In this document: one piece after another, positions 18,868 through 27,563 of the stretch | Position numbering within the stretch: position 1 is the first letter of the stretch | Layout: each line of letters begins with the position of its first letter | IMG/VR virus record: IMGVR_UViG_3300049070_000043 | Span: 1-43,934 of that record | DNA: 43,934 bases | From: a virus | Taxonomy: Duplodnaviria > Caudoviricetes | Strand: one strand, 5' to 3' | Position numbers and translations under genes: made by a program | Notes under the pieces: model-generated | The model's database searches: none | Told to the model about the DNA's origin: nothing | Seen by the model: only the letters and a program-made list of their open reading frames with translations

Positions 18868-21509
18868 TGGCTCGTAAGGCAAATCTCAAAGGCTGTAAGG
18901 ATGCAATCATGCAGATTGCAGGAGAAGTCCTTACGGATGAAGACGCTCAGGCTTTCGTTCAAGCCTTGGAGCACCGTATTGGCAACGTGAACCAGGCCAA
19001 CCTGGAGAACCTTGATCAGAGAATAGCTAGGGCTGGACAGGAGCTTACGGCTGATCTGACCAAGATTGCTATACTCAACAAGCGTAATGCTATCCTGGCT
19101 CTCAATGCTGACAGCCAGCTTGATAAGCACGTCAAGCCGTGGGCATCACCCACTGATGGCTACTTAGCATATCTGGATGACTCTCGTCGAGGAGACATGG
19201 AAGGGGCTGGCAAGGGTGTTAATGCTCTAGTTGAAGGATACAAGGCTAAATATCTGGGTGAGCTTAAGGCCAGACTCTCCAAAGCCAACCTCCTCGATGT
19301 CTTCAGGAAGGATCTCTTGACGAAAGAGATCTTTATGGAATTCTATGAGCCAGGAAGTTCCGGCTCTGCTGACGCTAAGGCCATCAGGGATATCATGACT
19401 GCTCTTAAGCAGGATGCTGTGATTCGACAGAACCTGTGGGGTTCCTACATTCACTTCCTTCCTGAGCATGTCAAGCGTCAGACCTACAGCATCAATCTGA
19501 TCAAGAAGAATTTCGGTCCTGAGAGGTTCAAGAAGAAGCTCAATTTCCAGCGCTATCTGACTCCTGACGAATACGATCAAACCTTTCAGCAGTGGGCTGA
19601 CTTCATCATGCCTCTCCTTGACCACGAGAGAACGTTCAAGGATGAGGACAAGATGCTGTTCCTCCGTGGAGCTTTCGACGGTATCATGAACGGTAAGCGT
19701 CATGGTCATATGCAGTCGGCTGATGGGGCAGAGATCAACGTCAACTTCTTCAAGGCAGGATCACTTGCTAAGAAGGCTTCTGCCCAGCGTCTCTTTCACT
19801 TCAAGGATGGTGCCTCTGCCTTTGCTGCCCATCAGATGTTCTCCCCTGAGCCTCTGTCCAAGGGATTCATTGTCGAGCTAGAACATGCCGCAACTAACAT
19901 TGCTCTGATGCAGCAACTTGGACCGAATCCACGTGGAACTCTCGAGAACCACATGAAGAAGACGGAGTATCTTTACAACCGTCAAGGGGATGAGAAGAAG
20001 ATGCGAGATCTTCAAGCCGGCAGGCATCGGATTATGTCGGCTCTCAGCTATCTCGATCGTAGCATCAACATACCAGAGAATCCGACAATGCAGACGGTAA
20101 CAGCGTCTGTAATATCCCTGCTCTCCCAAGCGAAGCTGGGTAAGCTACTGTTCTTCGCTTTGCCTGATAAAGCATTGATTCAGTCGGTATTGACTCGAAA
20201 CGGTATACGTGGCCTGGATGCCTTAGGTAAGGCGCTGAAGCTTACCAAGCCATCTAACAAGGATGAACGCCTCAGGCTCATGATGCTGGGTGGGGAGATC
20301 AAGTCCTTCATCAATGCGGTTAATACTCGGTTCTCTACCGGCTCTGAGTCAGGTGTGCCTACAGCCATCTTCAACTCTCAGAAGCATTTCTTTAACCTGA
20401 CCGGTATTAACTGGATGGATGATATCGGAACAGATGCCATCGTGGGTGCCCTACCCAGGCACATTGGAGCAATGGCAGACCGCACCTTTGATGAGCTTAT
20501 CCCTCAGATGAAGCAGATGTTTAGGACGTATGACATCTCTTCTAAGGAGTGGGATGCCTGGAGAAGCACTGTTTACTCTGTAGATAGTAATGGGCAGATC
20601 AAAGATGGCATGCACGGCCATGACATCTGGATCACTCCAGACAGGTTTGCCTTGATACCAGATGAAGTGATTGACGGACTGGTCACAGATCGAGGACTCA
20701 AGCCTACTACACAGAACCGTGCAAGAGTGAGAGACCAGCTAGAAGGAAAATTTCGTGCCTGGTTGATTGCTCAACGTGATGAAGGAGTGCTCATGCCCGG
20801 TAGTCGTGAGCATAGGTTGGCCACGTTTGGGACACAATCAGGCACGTTAGCTGGCTCAGTAGCACGTCTAGTAATGATGTTCAAGACCTTCCCTATTACG
20901 GTCTACACGAAGATCATGGAACGGGAGATGCATGGCAACGGAGCCAGAACATTCTTGGACTGGATCAAGGCAGAGAAGAACAGCAACTTTCACACCACTC
21001 AGTTGATTGCTCTGTCTACCATTGCTGGCTATTTGTCACTCACCATTGACGAGCTACTCCAGGGTAAGAACCCTCGCAAGTTTACCAATAGCTACGGTGA
21101 CATCGACACTGATGCCTCTTTGAAGATCCTCAAGGACTCATTCCTTCGAGGTAACTCGGCTAGCATCATGGGTGACCTGATACTGAGAGAATTTGATACA
21201 GGTTACGACAACATTATTTCCCAATTGGGAGGCCCGGCAACCAGTGAGTTAATAAAGGCATCGGCCTTGGCTTCACAGGCTATACGCGGTGAAGCCAAGG
21301 CGAAGGATGCTGTTGAGTTCTTACATAGGAATCTACCTTGGGTGAACCTGTTCTACATCAAGCCTGCTCTGGACCACCTGGTGTGGTTCAATATTCAAGA
21401 GATGCTTGACCCAGGAACACTCAGGGAGCGGGAACTGAAACACAAACAGGAGTTCAACCAAGACTATTGGCTCGCACCAAGCGACGTCAACGAGGAAATA
21501 CACAACTAA
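18867..21509 (+). CDS. Large internal virion (ejection) protein, T7 gp16-like position
   Basis: 880 aa; RLFHFKD, LGPNP, GTQSGT..G...R..FKTFP and LPWVNLFY motifs. Confidence 0.75.
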   Translation: MARKANLKGCKDAIMQIAGEVLTDEDAQAFVQALEHRIGNVNQANLENLDQRIARAGQELTADLTKIAILNKRNAILALNADSQLDKHVKPWASPTDGYLAYLDDSRRGDMEGAGKGVNALVEGYKAKYLGELKARLSKANLLDVFRKDLLTKEIFMEFYEPGSSGSADAKAIRDIMTALKQDAVIRQNLWGSYIHFLPEHVKRQTYSINLIKKNFGPERFKKKLNFQRYLTPDEYDQTFQQWADFIMPLLDHERTFKDEDKMLFLRGAFDGIMNGKRHGHMQSADGAEINVNFFKAGSLAKKASAQRLFHFKDGASAFAAHQMFSPEPLSKGFIVELEHAATNIALMQQLGPNPRGTLENHMKKTEYLYNRQGDEKKMRDLQAGRHRIMSALSYLDRSINIPENPTMQTVTASVISLLSQAKLGKLLFFALPDKALIQSVLTRNGIRGLDALGKALKLTKPSNKDERLRLMMLGGEIKSFINAVNTRFSTGSESGVPTAIFNSQKHFFNLTGINWMDDIGTDAIVGALPRHIGAMADRTFDELIPQMKQMFRTYDISSKEWDAWRSTVYSVDSNGQIKDGMHGHDIWITPDRFALIPDEVIDGLVTDRGLKPTTQNRARVRDQLEGKFRAWLIAQRDEGVLMPGSREHRLATFGTQSGTLAGSVARLVMMFKTFPITVYTKIMEREMHGNGARTFLDWIKAEKNSNFHTTQLIALSTIAGYLSLTIDELLQGKNPRKFTNSYGDIDTDASLKILKDSFLRGNSASIMGDLILREFDTGYDNIISQLGGPATSELIKASALASQAIRGEAKAKDAVEFLHRNLPWVNLFYIKPALDHLVWFNIQEMLDPGTLRERELKHKQEFNQDYWLAPSDVNEEIHN

Positions 21510-21510
21510 T

Positions 21511-21753
21511 ATGCCTATAAGCACAACACTAAAGCGTCTTGATGGCGGCATCTACATCAACGCCGATGGTCTTAGAACAGATGCCGACGGTATCCCTCTG
21601 TCCTCTGGCTCGTCAGAGATCACAGTAGCACCTGGTGACCCTGAGGGTGTTATTTCAGCTAACCCTGGGGTCTTCAGATACGACGCAACGGCCAAGGCTC
21701 TTTACATCAAGGAGACTGGTGTTGGGAACACTGGCTGGGTCCGACTGATCTAA
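21511..21753 (+). CDS. Small tail-fibre-motif protein
   Basis: GDPEGVISANPG...LYIKETGVGNTGW, a motif usually embedded in phage tail fibres/spikes. Confidence 0.7.
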   Translation: MPISTTLKRLDGGIYINADGLRTDADGIPLSSGSSEITVAPGDPEGVISANPGVFRYDATAKALYIKETGVGNTGWVRLI

Positions 21754-21757
21754 TCAT

Positions 21758-24586
21758 ATGAGAAACCTACTAACTACACTACTGCTACTTATCGGTCTGG
21801 GAGCTATGGCTGCTGAGCCTGTTGCTCTCAGAGGAACAAACGGATTCGGTAAAGACCTAAAGGTCGACAACTCCTTAGTCATCAAGGGACACGGTGGTGG
21901 CTTCGATGACCCTGACCTGAACCTTGGGGTAGTTACTCCAGGCAAGTCAGGTATCGGTGTCCCCTTCGATGAGATGATCGTTCAAGGTGGTGGTGCTCAC
22001 GGTATCGGGCTGTATGGAACTAACCGTCAGCCATACATTTACTTTGGCGCGAAGGACAGTGGTGGCAATAACTGGCTCGGGCCACGTGGAGCATGGCACA
22101 ACTACCCCAGCGGCAATAAGCTTCCTGGACAAACAGCAACCTACCTGCCTGGGTTCCGTAGAACAGGAGCGGCGGCGGATGTATACTTCAATCAGATCGG
22201 TGGCGGTGGCTCGGCCTTGGCTGACCTTCCTCCTCGATCAGGCGAGGTATGGGTCAATATGCAGCGTCCATTCATGGTTCTATCTACCAGGGATATTGGC
22301 ACTGGCAATAATCTGGTAAACTGCACATGGGTCACAGTATCCAATGGTGTAGCAGCATTCAAGACCAACGGATACCTAGCCTACATGCAGTCCAGGAATG
22401 TCAACATGGCCTACATTCTCGAGAATGGTTTGCTTGCCACCCACCGTGATGCTAACCAGCAGCTACAGTGGAATAATACCAGGTTCCCTACTCTACTGCA
22501 CAATACGTATGGTATGACCAACGTAGCATCATTCCTCAATACCAATTATTTGGAAATGTGGATCATGATGTATGGATTGAACCGTGTCGCATCTCCGACT
22601 AATTGGGCTGACTCCGATGGCCCAGGAGAGATTGACATGGACCCTCTGAACAACGCCCCACTATTCTGGGAGTATCCCGGCGGGGGAGCCAATCCATTCG
22701 GGGCTAATGAGTTCCAGCCAGCCCTAACGATTGACTCTATCCATCAGGATATTAGCTTGCTATACCTAAACGGATTCAGAGGTATCTGTATTCAAGAGAA
22801 CCCTGAGGTGGTAGGCATAGGTGAGTTTGATCAAATGGCTCGTATCGTAACTGATGCTTCTCGAGCGCCATACTTCGCGCCAGGACAGGCAGGTCAGCTG
22901 AGGCTCGATGCTCAGTGGAACATGTGGTATCCATCTGTAGGGGTGCCTGTAGGTAAGTCACCACACGGTATGATCGTAGGGATGATGGCAGGCACACCTA
23001 ATAAACCGTGGCCACCACATCTAGGGATGAGCCTAAACCATCTGTTTGTGGAGTCCAATGGAGCAGACCCATTTGTCCCTGCATCATTTGCGATGGGCTA
23101 TCTGATGGCACAGATAAGCTTCCAAGCTCAATTCCTTAGCAACCACTTTGGTAGATGCTTCTGGTCACCATCTACTGACGGCCTGTCCCCAGGGGATGAG
23201 ACATATAAAACCTGGAAGGGATGGTTTGGTGGATTAGCAGTAACTAAGGCCAACATGTGGTTCACCGGCGGTCAGACCACAGGGTATGACTACACCACTA
23301 CTGCTGGCTTTGGATTACTGCTTACCAACAATCTGTTCGTTGACGTATGGCAAGACGTGGATGACGAGAGACCTCCTATCATTCATCGCATGGATGCTAC
23401 CAACCATGTTATATCCAAGTTCATGAAGGATGGATCGCATCTAGTCTGGATGGCTAACGTGGGGACAATCTCCACCAACCTTACTGTCTACTTCACAAAC
23501 CTAGCTATCCCTACCAACATGGTTTGTGCAGTAACTGAAATCTGGACCAATCAACCTATCGGCACCTACACGAACTCGATGACCCTGACTATCCCGGCCT
23601 TGGATTCATTCCTGGTCAAGATCGTCCCATCCCAGGGTAGTTCCGCCGGCACCAATCGTATCAGTCTAGTATACGATGGGACTGGTGGAGCAGGTGGTGG
23701 AGGCACTGGCTTCATTCGAGTCAACAACACTAACTCAATCCAGATGTCTCCAAACGGACCCGTAGGTATTGGAGTCTCTCCTCTGGCAGACGCAGCATTG
23801 GCCGTAGGAAAGAACGTCAACTCCCTGGTGCTGTATGACGGAGCTAACTACAAATTCGTCCGTGAGAATGCAGTGACAGGTCTGCTTAAGATCACTGGCG
23901 ACCAAGGTCAGGCAAACACTGGTCTACTGTTCTATAAGGATGGAGCAGGATCACCAGTGGAAATGTCCAGGTTGTTTGGAAATACCGTGCTAATGTGTGA
24001 TTCCAACAATCCGGCTACTTGGCCTACCGTGGCCAATTCCAGGGGCGGAATAGCTATCGTGACATCGAATCACGTCCCATACGTCCTAACCAGCACGCCG
24101 GGAAGTACGACCTGGGCCGAGACCAACTATCTCGGTGTTCGCTGGGTCAAGAACATAATCCAAGGCGGCGCGCTAACCTCAGTGTCCCTGGCTAGCGGCA
24201 ATAACTGGGCGGCACCAGCAGGATTCGCTACCCCTACTTCGAGTGGTGACCAGCGTATCCAGCTTAACTTCAATGGTGGATACTTGAGCAACCTGTGGGT
24301 GATGCGAACTAACACGTTCCCAAGCACCACTAACATCGTATTCACCATACAGACCAATACGATCGACGGAAGCGCAACGGCCATATCAGCGTTAGTAGAC
24401 TCTGCTCTAACCTGCACTATGGTGGGTAACACTGCCTGCACCACCAACTCTGGTAACACGTTCATAGCTCTACCGGCAGGAGACCGGAACTACTGGACGC
24501 TGAAGATGGCAGTGAACGGAGCAGCCTCCGGCATGGCAGGTCATCCGATAACCTGGTCCGTTGAGTGGTGGCATCAAGTTCCCTAA
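21758..24586 (+). CDS. Signal-peptide protein with degenerate GH27 alpha-galactosidase-like domain (putative receptor-binding or surface protein)
   Basis: MRNLLTTLLLLIGLGAMA/AEP signal peptide; RD..QLQWNNTRFP..GMTNVASFL, LLTN..V.VWQD and melibiase C-terminal beta-sandwich pattern; Gly-rich fibre-like flanks. Confidence 0.7.
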   Translation: MRNLLTTLLLLIGLGAMAAEPVALRGTNGFGKDLKVDNSLVIKGHGGGFDDPDLNLGVVTPGKSGIGVPFDEMIVQGGGAHGIGLYGTNRQPYIYFGAKDSGGNNWLGPRGAWHNYPSGNKLPGQTATYLPGFRRTGAAADVYFNQIGGGGSALADLPPRSGEVWVNMQRPFMVLSTRDIGTGNNLVNCTWVTVSNGVAAFKTNGYLAYMQSRNVNMAYILENGLLATHRDANQQLQWNNTRFPTLLHNTYGMTNVASFLNTNYLEMWIMMYGLNRVASPTNWADSDGPGEIDMDPLNNAPLFWEYPGGGANPFGANEFQPALTIDSIHQDISLLYLNGFRGICIQENPEVVGIGEFDQMARIVTDASRAPYFAPGQAGQLRLDAQWNMWYPSVGVPVGKSPHGMIVGMMAGTPNKPWPPHLGMSLNHLFVESNGADPFVPASFAMGYLMAQISFQAQFLSNHFGRCFWSPSTDGLSPGDETYKTWKGWFGGLAVTKANMWFTGGQTTGYDYTTTAGFGLLLTNNLFVDVWQDVDDERPPIIHRMDATNHVISKFMKDGSHLVWMANVGTISTNLTVYFTNLAIPTNMVCAVTEIWTNQPIGTYTNSMTLTIPALDSFLVKIVPSQGSSAGTNRISLVYDGTGGAGGGGTGFIRVNNTNSIQMSPNGPVGIGVSPLADAALAVGKNVNSLVLYDGANYKFVRENAVTGLLKITGDQGQANTGLLFYKDGAGSPVEMSRLFGNTVLMCDSNNPATWPTVANSRGGIAIVTSNHVPYVLTSTPGSTTWAETNYLGVRWVKNIIQGGALTSVSLASGNNWAAPAGFATPTSSGDQRIQLNFNGGYLSNLWVMRTNTFPSTTNIVFTIQTNTIDGSATAISALVDSALTCTMVGNTACTTNSGNTFIALPAGDRNYWTLKMAVNGAASGMAGHPITWSVEWWHQVP

Positions 24587-24587
24587 C

Positions 24588-24854
24588 ATGAACCTGAGCA
24601 TGGATCGAAAGGTAAACCTAAACTCACTGCTGCTCTTAGTGTTGACTGTAATGTCTACACTACTGGGCTGGACCCTGAAGCGAAGCATTGATGCAGTCGA
24701 TCGCAGACTGGAAGCAATGATGCCTCGCCAGGAGATCCAGTATCAACTCGAAGTGATGGCTCAGAACTATCGACGCATGGAGCAGGAGCATCTAGACTTT
24801 CGCGCGAGACTGGTTCGAATGGAAATCGACTTCGCGCGAGTAACCAAACCATGA
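24588..24854 (+). CDS. Single-TM membrane protein with coiled coil (holin-like position)
   Basis: LLLLVLTVMSTLLGWTL hydrophobic helix then heptad-like region; ATG 1 nt after the previous stop. Confidence 0.6.
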   Translation: MNLSMDRKVNLNSLLLLVLTVMSTLLGWTLKRSIDAVDRRLEAMMPRQEIQYQLEVMAQNYRRMEQEHLDFRARLVRMEIDFARVTKP

Positions 24855-25549
24855 AAGGAACCATGATCAGAAAGACCATACTACCACTAATGCTAATCGT
24901 CCTCTGTGGCTGTCAACTATTCAGCCCAGAAGCCGCGGCCCCACCAACCACGGCTGAGAAACACTTCTTCGATGTCTCGAATTCAGTTGTGGAACGAGTC
25001 GTCGTGAAGACTAACTACGTAACGGTAACAAACCTAAACATTGACTTCAAGTGGGTCACCAACGAGTTCAATGTTCCCAAGCCTGTGCTTGTTACCAACT
25101 TTGTCGAGGTGCCAATACCCACCCCGGTCTGGGAAACTCAGAAGGTAACCATACAGCAGCTTGTCCCTGGGGCTAAGATCGAGGCAGTTAAGGGCCTAGG
25201 CCAGATTATAGGCGACCTGTTTGGCGTAGGTGGCTTAGTTGCTGCATCCATAACAGGAGCGTATAGCATCTACCTTAAGATGAGGAACAGAGCACTGTCA
25301 GGAGAAGCTGACCATATGACTCTGGCTACTGGTGGGCTAGTGGAGACTACGGAGACTATACTTAACGTCCTTAAGCAAACTCCGCAAGGCCAACAGCTAA
25401 TGCCAGCGGTAGTCTCTTATCTCGAGAAGCACCAAGAGAAGCTTGGAACCATTCAGGAGATCAGAGATCTTCTGGCGGTCATCTCCAAGTCTCGGGCCAT
25501 AGATGATGCCACAGAGATCATCAATAAGGTCAAAGGACTCACCCAGTGA
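24851..25549 (+). CDS. Lipoprotein with an internal hydrophobic helix (spanin-like candidate)
   Basis: Lipobox LCGC; TN-rich beta region; GLGQIIGDLFGVGGLVAASITGAYSIYL hydrophobic segment. Confidence 0.65.
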   Translation: MKGTMIRKTILPLMLIVLCGCQLFSPEAAAPPTTAEKHFFDVSNSVVERVVVKTNYVTVTNLNIDFKWVTNEFNVPKPVLVTNFVEVPIPTPVWETQKVTIQQLVPGAKIEAVKGLGQIIGDLFGVGGLVAASITGAYSIYLKMRNRALSGEADHMTLATGGLVETTETILNVLKQTPQGQQLMPAVVSYLEKHQEKLGTIQEIRDLLAVISKSRAIDDATEIINKVKGLTQ

Positions 25550-25995
25550 GATACCTCCTACTCTTATTGGTTCTGCTCTCTGGATGCGTGAGCACCGGAC
25601 AGAGGACGGTAGTTAAGCCTCGACGCTATCTACCGTCCCAGCCTCCGCCACCACCTCCAGGACTTCGACTGAACTCGGCACAGATTCAGGATGATAACCT
25701 GCCTCCAGTGGCAAGTATCACGGTTGTCTCAACTAATGCAGTGATACCAGAGCCTACCGGAGTATCTGCCTCACGCTGGTTCATAACCAATAGTGTCCTC
25801 ACCATTCTGTATCATGCCAATTCAAACCAGTTCTATGGACTCCAATGGACCAGTAATCTGGTCAACTGGAGCTTCTTATCTGGGGCAATGTCAGATGGTG
25901 GAGAGCAGTCCTTTGGAGTAACAATAAACAACACCGTCGGCTTACCACCGACAGTGTTCCTCAGGATTGTGACTGGGCCAGCGCCTACGTTTTAG
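25546..25995 (+). CDS. Pro-rich lipoprotein with Verrucomicrobia-type C-terminal beta domain
   Basis: Lipobox LSGC, PPPPPP linker, YGLQWTSNLVNW...FLRIV motif. Confidence 0.65.
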   Translation: MRYLLLLLVLLSGCVSTGQRTVVKPRRYLPSQPPPPPPGLRLNSAQIQDDNLPPVASITVVSTNAVIPEPTGVSASRWFITNSVLTILYHANSNQFYGLQWTSNLVNWSFLSGAMSDGGEQSFGVTINNTVGLPPTVFLRIVTGPAPTF

Positions 25996-27452
25996 AACAT
26001 CAGACGCCAGTTATCCAACACCTCATCAGCAATGTTCTTCTTGCTGGTGAGGCTTTTCATTACATACTCATCCACCGTCTTGGGAATCACGATCGAGATG
26101 TAGGTAACGTTTCTGGTCTGACCTATGCGGTGGTTCCGGTCTTGAGACTGTAGCCAGGTTTCCAGGGAGTAGCTGTAAGAGTAGTAGATAGCGTATGCAG
26201 CCTGAATCAGAGTAAGTGCCTTACTACCAGTGACGTTAGAGACAAAATACTTGCACTTGGGATCTGTGTTGAACCTCAGCCGGTGTTCGTTTCTCTGCTC
26301 ATTGGTCGTATCCCCATAGTAATGAACCACACTATCTTCCCCAAACTCCTCACTCAGTGTCCTGCAAATCTGCCTGATGTCCTCCTTGAAGTGCGCCCAG
26401 ATAATCACCTTCTGGTCATACCCAATCTCCTCGATAATCTCCATCAGGGTGGATATACGTCTGTTGGGTATCGACACCAGACTGCCGGCATCATCGTGGA
26501 CATGCCCGCAGTTAATCTGGTGAAGCTTCATCAAGGTGGTTAAGGCAGAGGTCGAGCTTATCATCGACTTCTGGCTGAATTCCACCATCGCCTCTTCCTT
26601 AAGCTGTTCGTATATCTGGGCTTGTTCATCAGTGTGCTGGATATACCTGGTTTCGAATATCTTCTCCGGTAGGTCCAGGCACTCCACCTTAGTCTTCCGG
26701 TAGGAGAACTTCGAGATCTTCTCCTTTAGTTCATCAAGGCAGAGATACTTCTCTATCTTCTCATATCTGCGCGTCCCCAGGGTAATAACCCTGGTTGACG
26801 CATGATAGCACTTGAAGGACTGAAAGCTGGTGAATCCCAGGAGACCTTGCTGTAGGAACTCCGACTGTGCAAAGATGTCAAGTGGTCCATTGCTAAGCGG
26901 AGCACCACTCAGTATCCTCCGGTATTCACACCACCACCCTATCCTGGTGATGGCCTTGGTTCTCTTGGCCTTATGGTTCTTGATGCACGTAGACTCGTCA
27001 ACCACGCACATGGTATAGTGCATCTTGACAAACTGTTCTGCGAAGGCCACAGCCCTATCCAGGGTAAGAGCTTCTATGTTGATCAGGAATATATCAAGCA
27101 CATCATCCTTCGGAGTTAGCAGATTCTCTGCAATCCGACGCTCCAGTGTGGACCACCCTGAGTCCCAATATGCAATCCTGTATGGCATCCAGTCAGGCAT
27201 GTGAGCAGGTATCTCGTCAGTAAACCAGTTAAGGTATGCTGACTTGGGAGCCGTGATCAAGACTCCATCTATCTCTTGTTTCAGAAACAGATACACCATG
27301 TTATCAATGGTGACCTTGCTTTTGCCCAGTCCCATCTCCATTAGCAGAGCATGATACTTCTCGTCCTTACTCTGGTCTAGAGCTTCAACCTGGTGGGCGA
27401 ATGGTTTGTGCTTAGGTTCAAACTTGGGTAGCTTAGTTGGGTTTGTTAACAT
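25992..27452 (-). CDS. SNF2-family (SF2) helicase
   Basis: MEMGLGKS Walker A, VVDEST, LSGAP and QSQDRNHRIGQ motif VI. Confidence 0.92.
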   Translation of the reverse strand: MLTNPTKLPKFEPKHKPFAHQVEALDQSKDEKYHALLMEMGLGKSKVTIDNMVYLFLKQEIDGVLITAPKSAYLNWFTDEIPAHMPDWMPYRIAYWDSGWSTLERRIAENLLTPKDDVLDIFLINIEALTLDRAVAFAEQFVKMHYTMCVVDESTCIKNHKAKRTKAITRIGWWCEYRRILSGAPLSNGPLDIFAQSEFLQQGLLGFTSFQSFKCYHASTRVITLGTRRYEKIEKYLCLDELKEKISKFSYRKTKVECLDLPEKIFETRYIQHTDEQAQIYEQLKEEAMVEFSQKSMISSTSALTTLMKLHQINCGHVHDDAGSLVSIPNRRISTLMEIIEEIGYDQKVIIWAHFKEDIRQICRTLSEEFGEDSVVHYYGDTTNEQRNEHRLRFNTDPKCKYFVSNVTGSKALTLIQAAYAIYYSYSYSLETWLQSQDRNHRIGQTRNVTYISIVIPKTVDEYVMKSLTSKKNIADEVLDNWRLMF

Positions 27453-27457
27453 AAGAT

Positions 27458-27505
27458 TTGCTGATTTTTCTGTCCTATACTTTGACCCTCGCGACCAATC
27501 AAAAC
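27458..27505 (-). promoter_or_regulatory. Putative phage-specific promoter/operator, copy 1
   Basis: 25 of the first 30 nt match 42076-42105; minus-strand consensus GGTCGC-N3/4-GGTCAAA-N2-ATAGG-NCANAAAANTCAGCAA just upstream of a start codon. Confidence 0.6.
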
Positions 27506-27563
27506 CGTTTTTTGACCCATTTGCGGCGCACGTTTTAGGCCGGTTTTGGCGGAGTCTCGTATG

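Noticed and set aside
21758-25995. Diversity-generating retroelement as in BPP-1
   Set aside because: No reverse transcriptase and no template/variable repeat pair seen.
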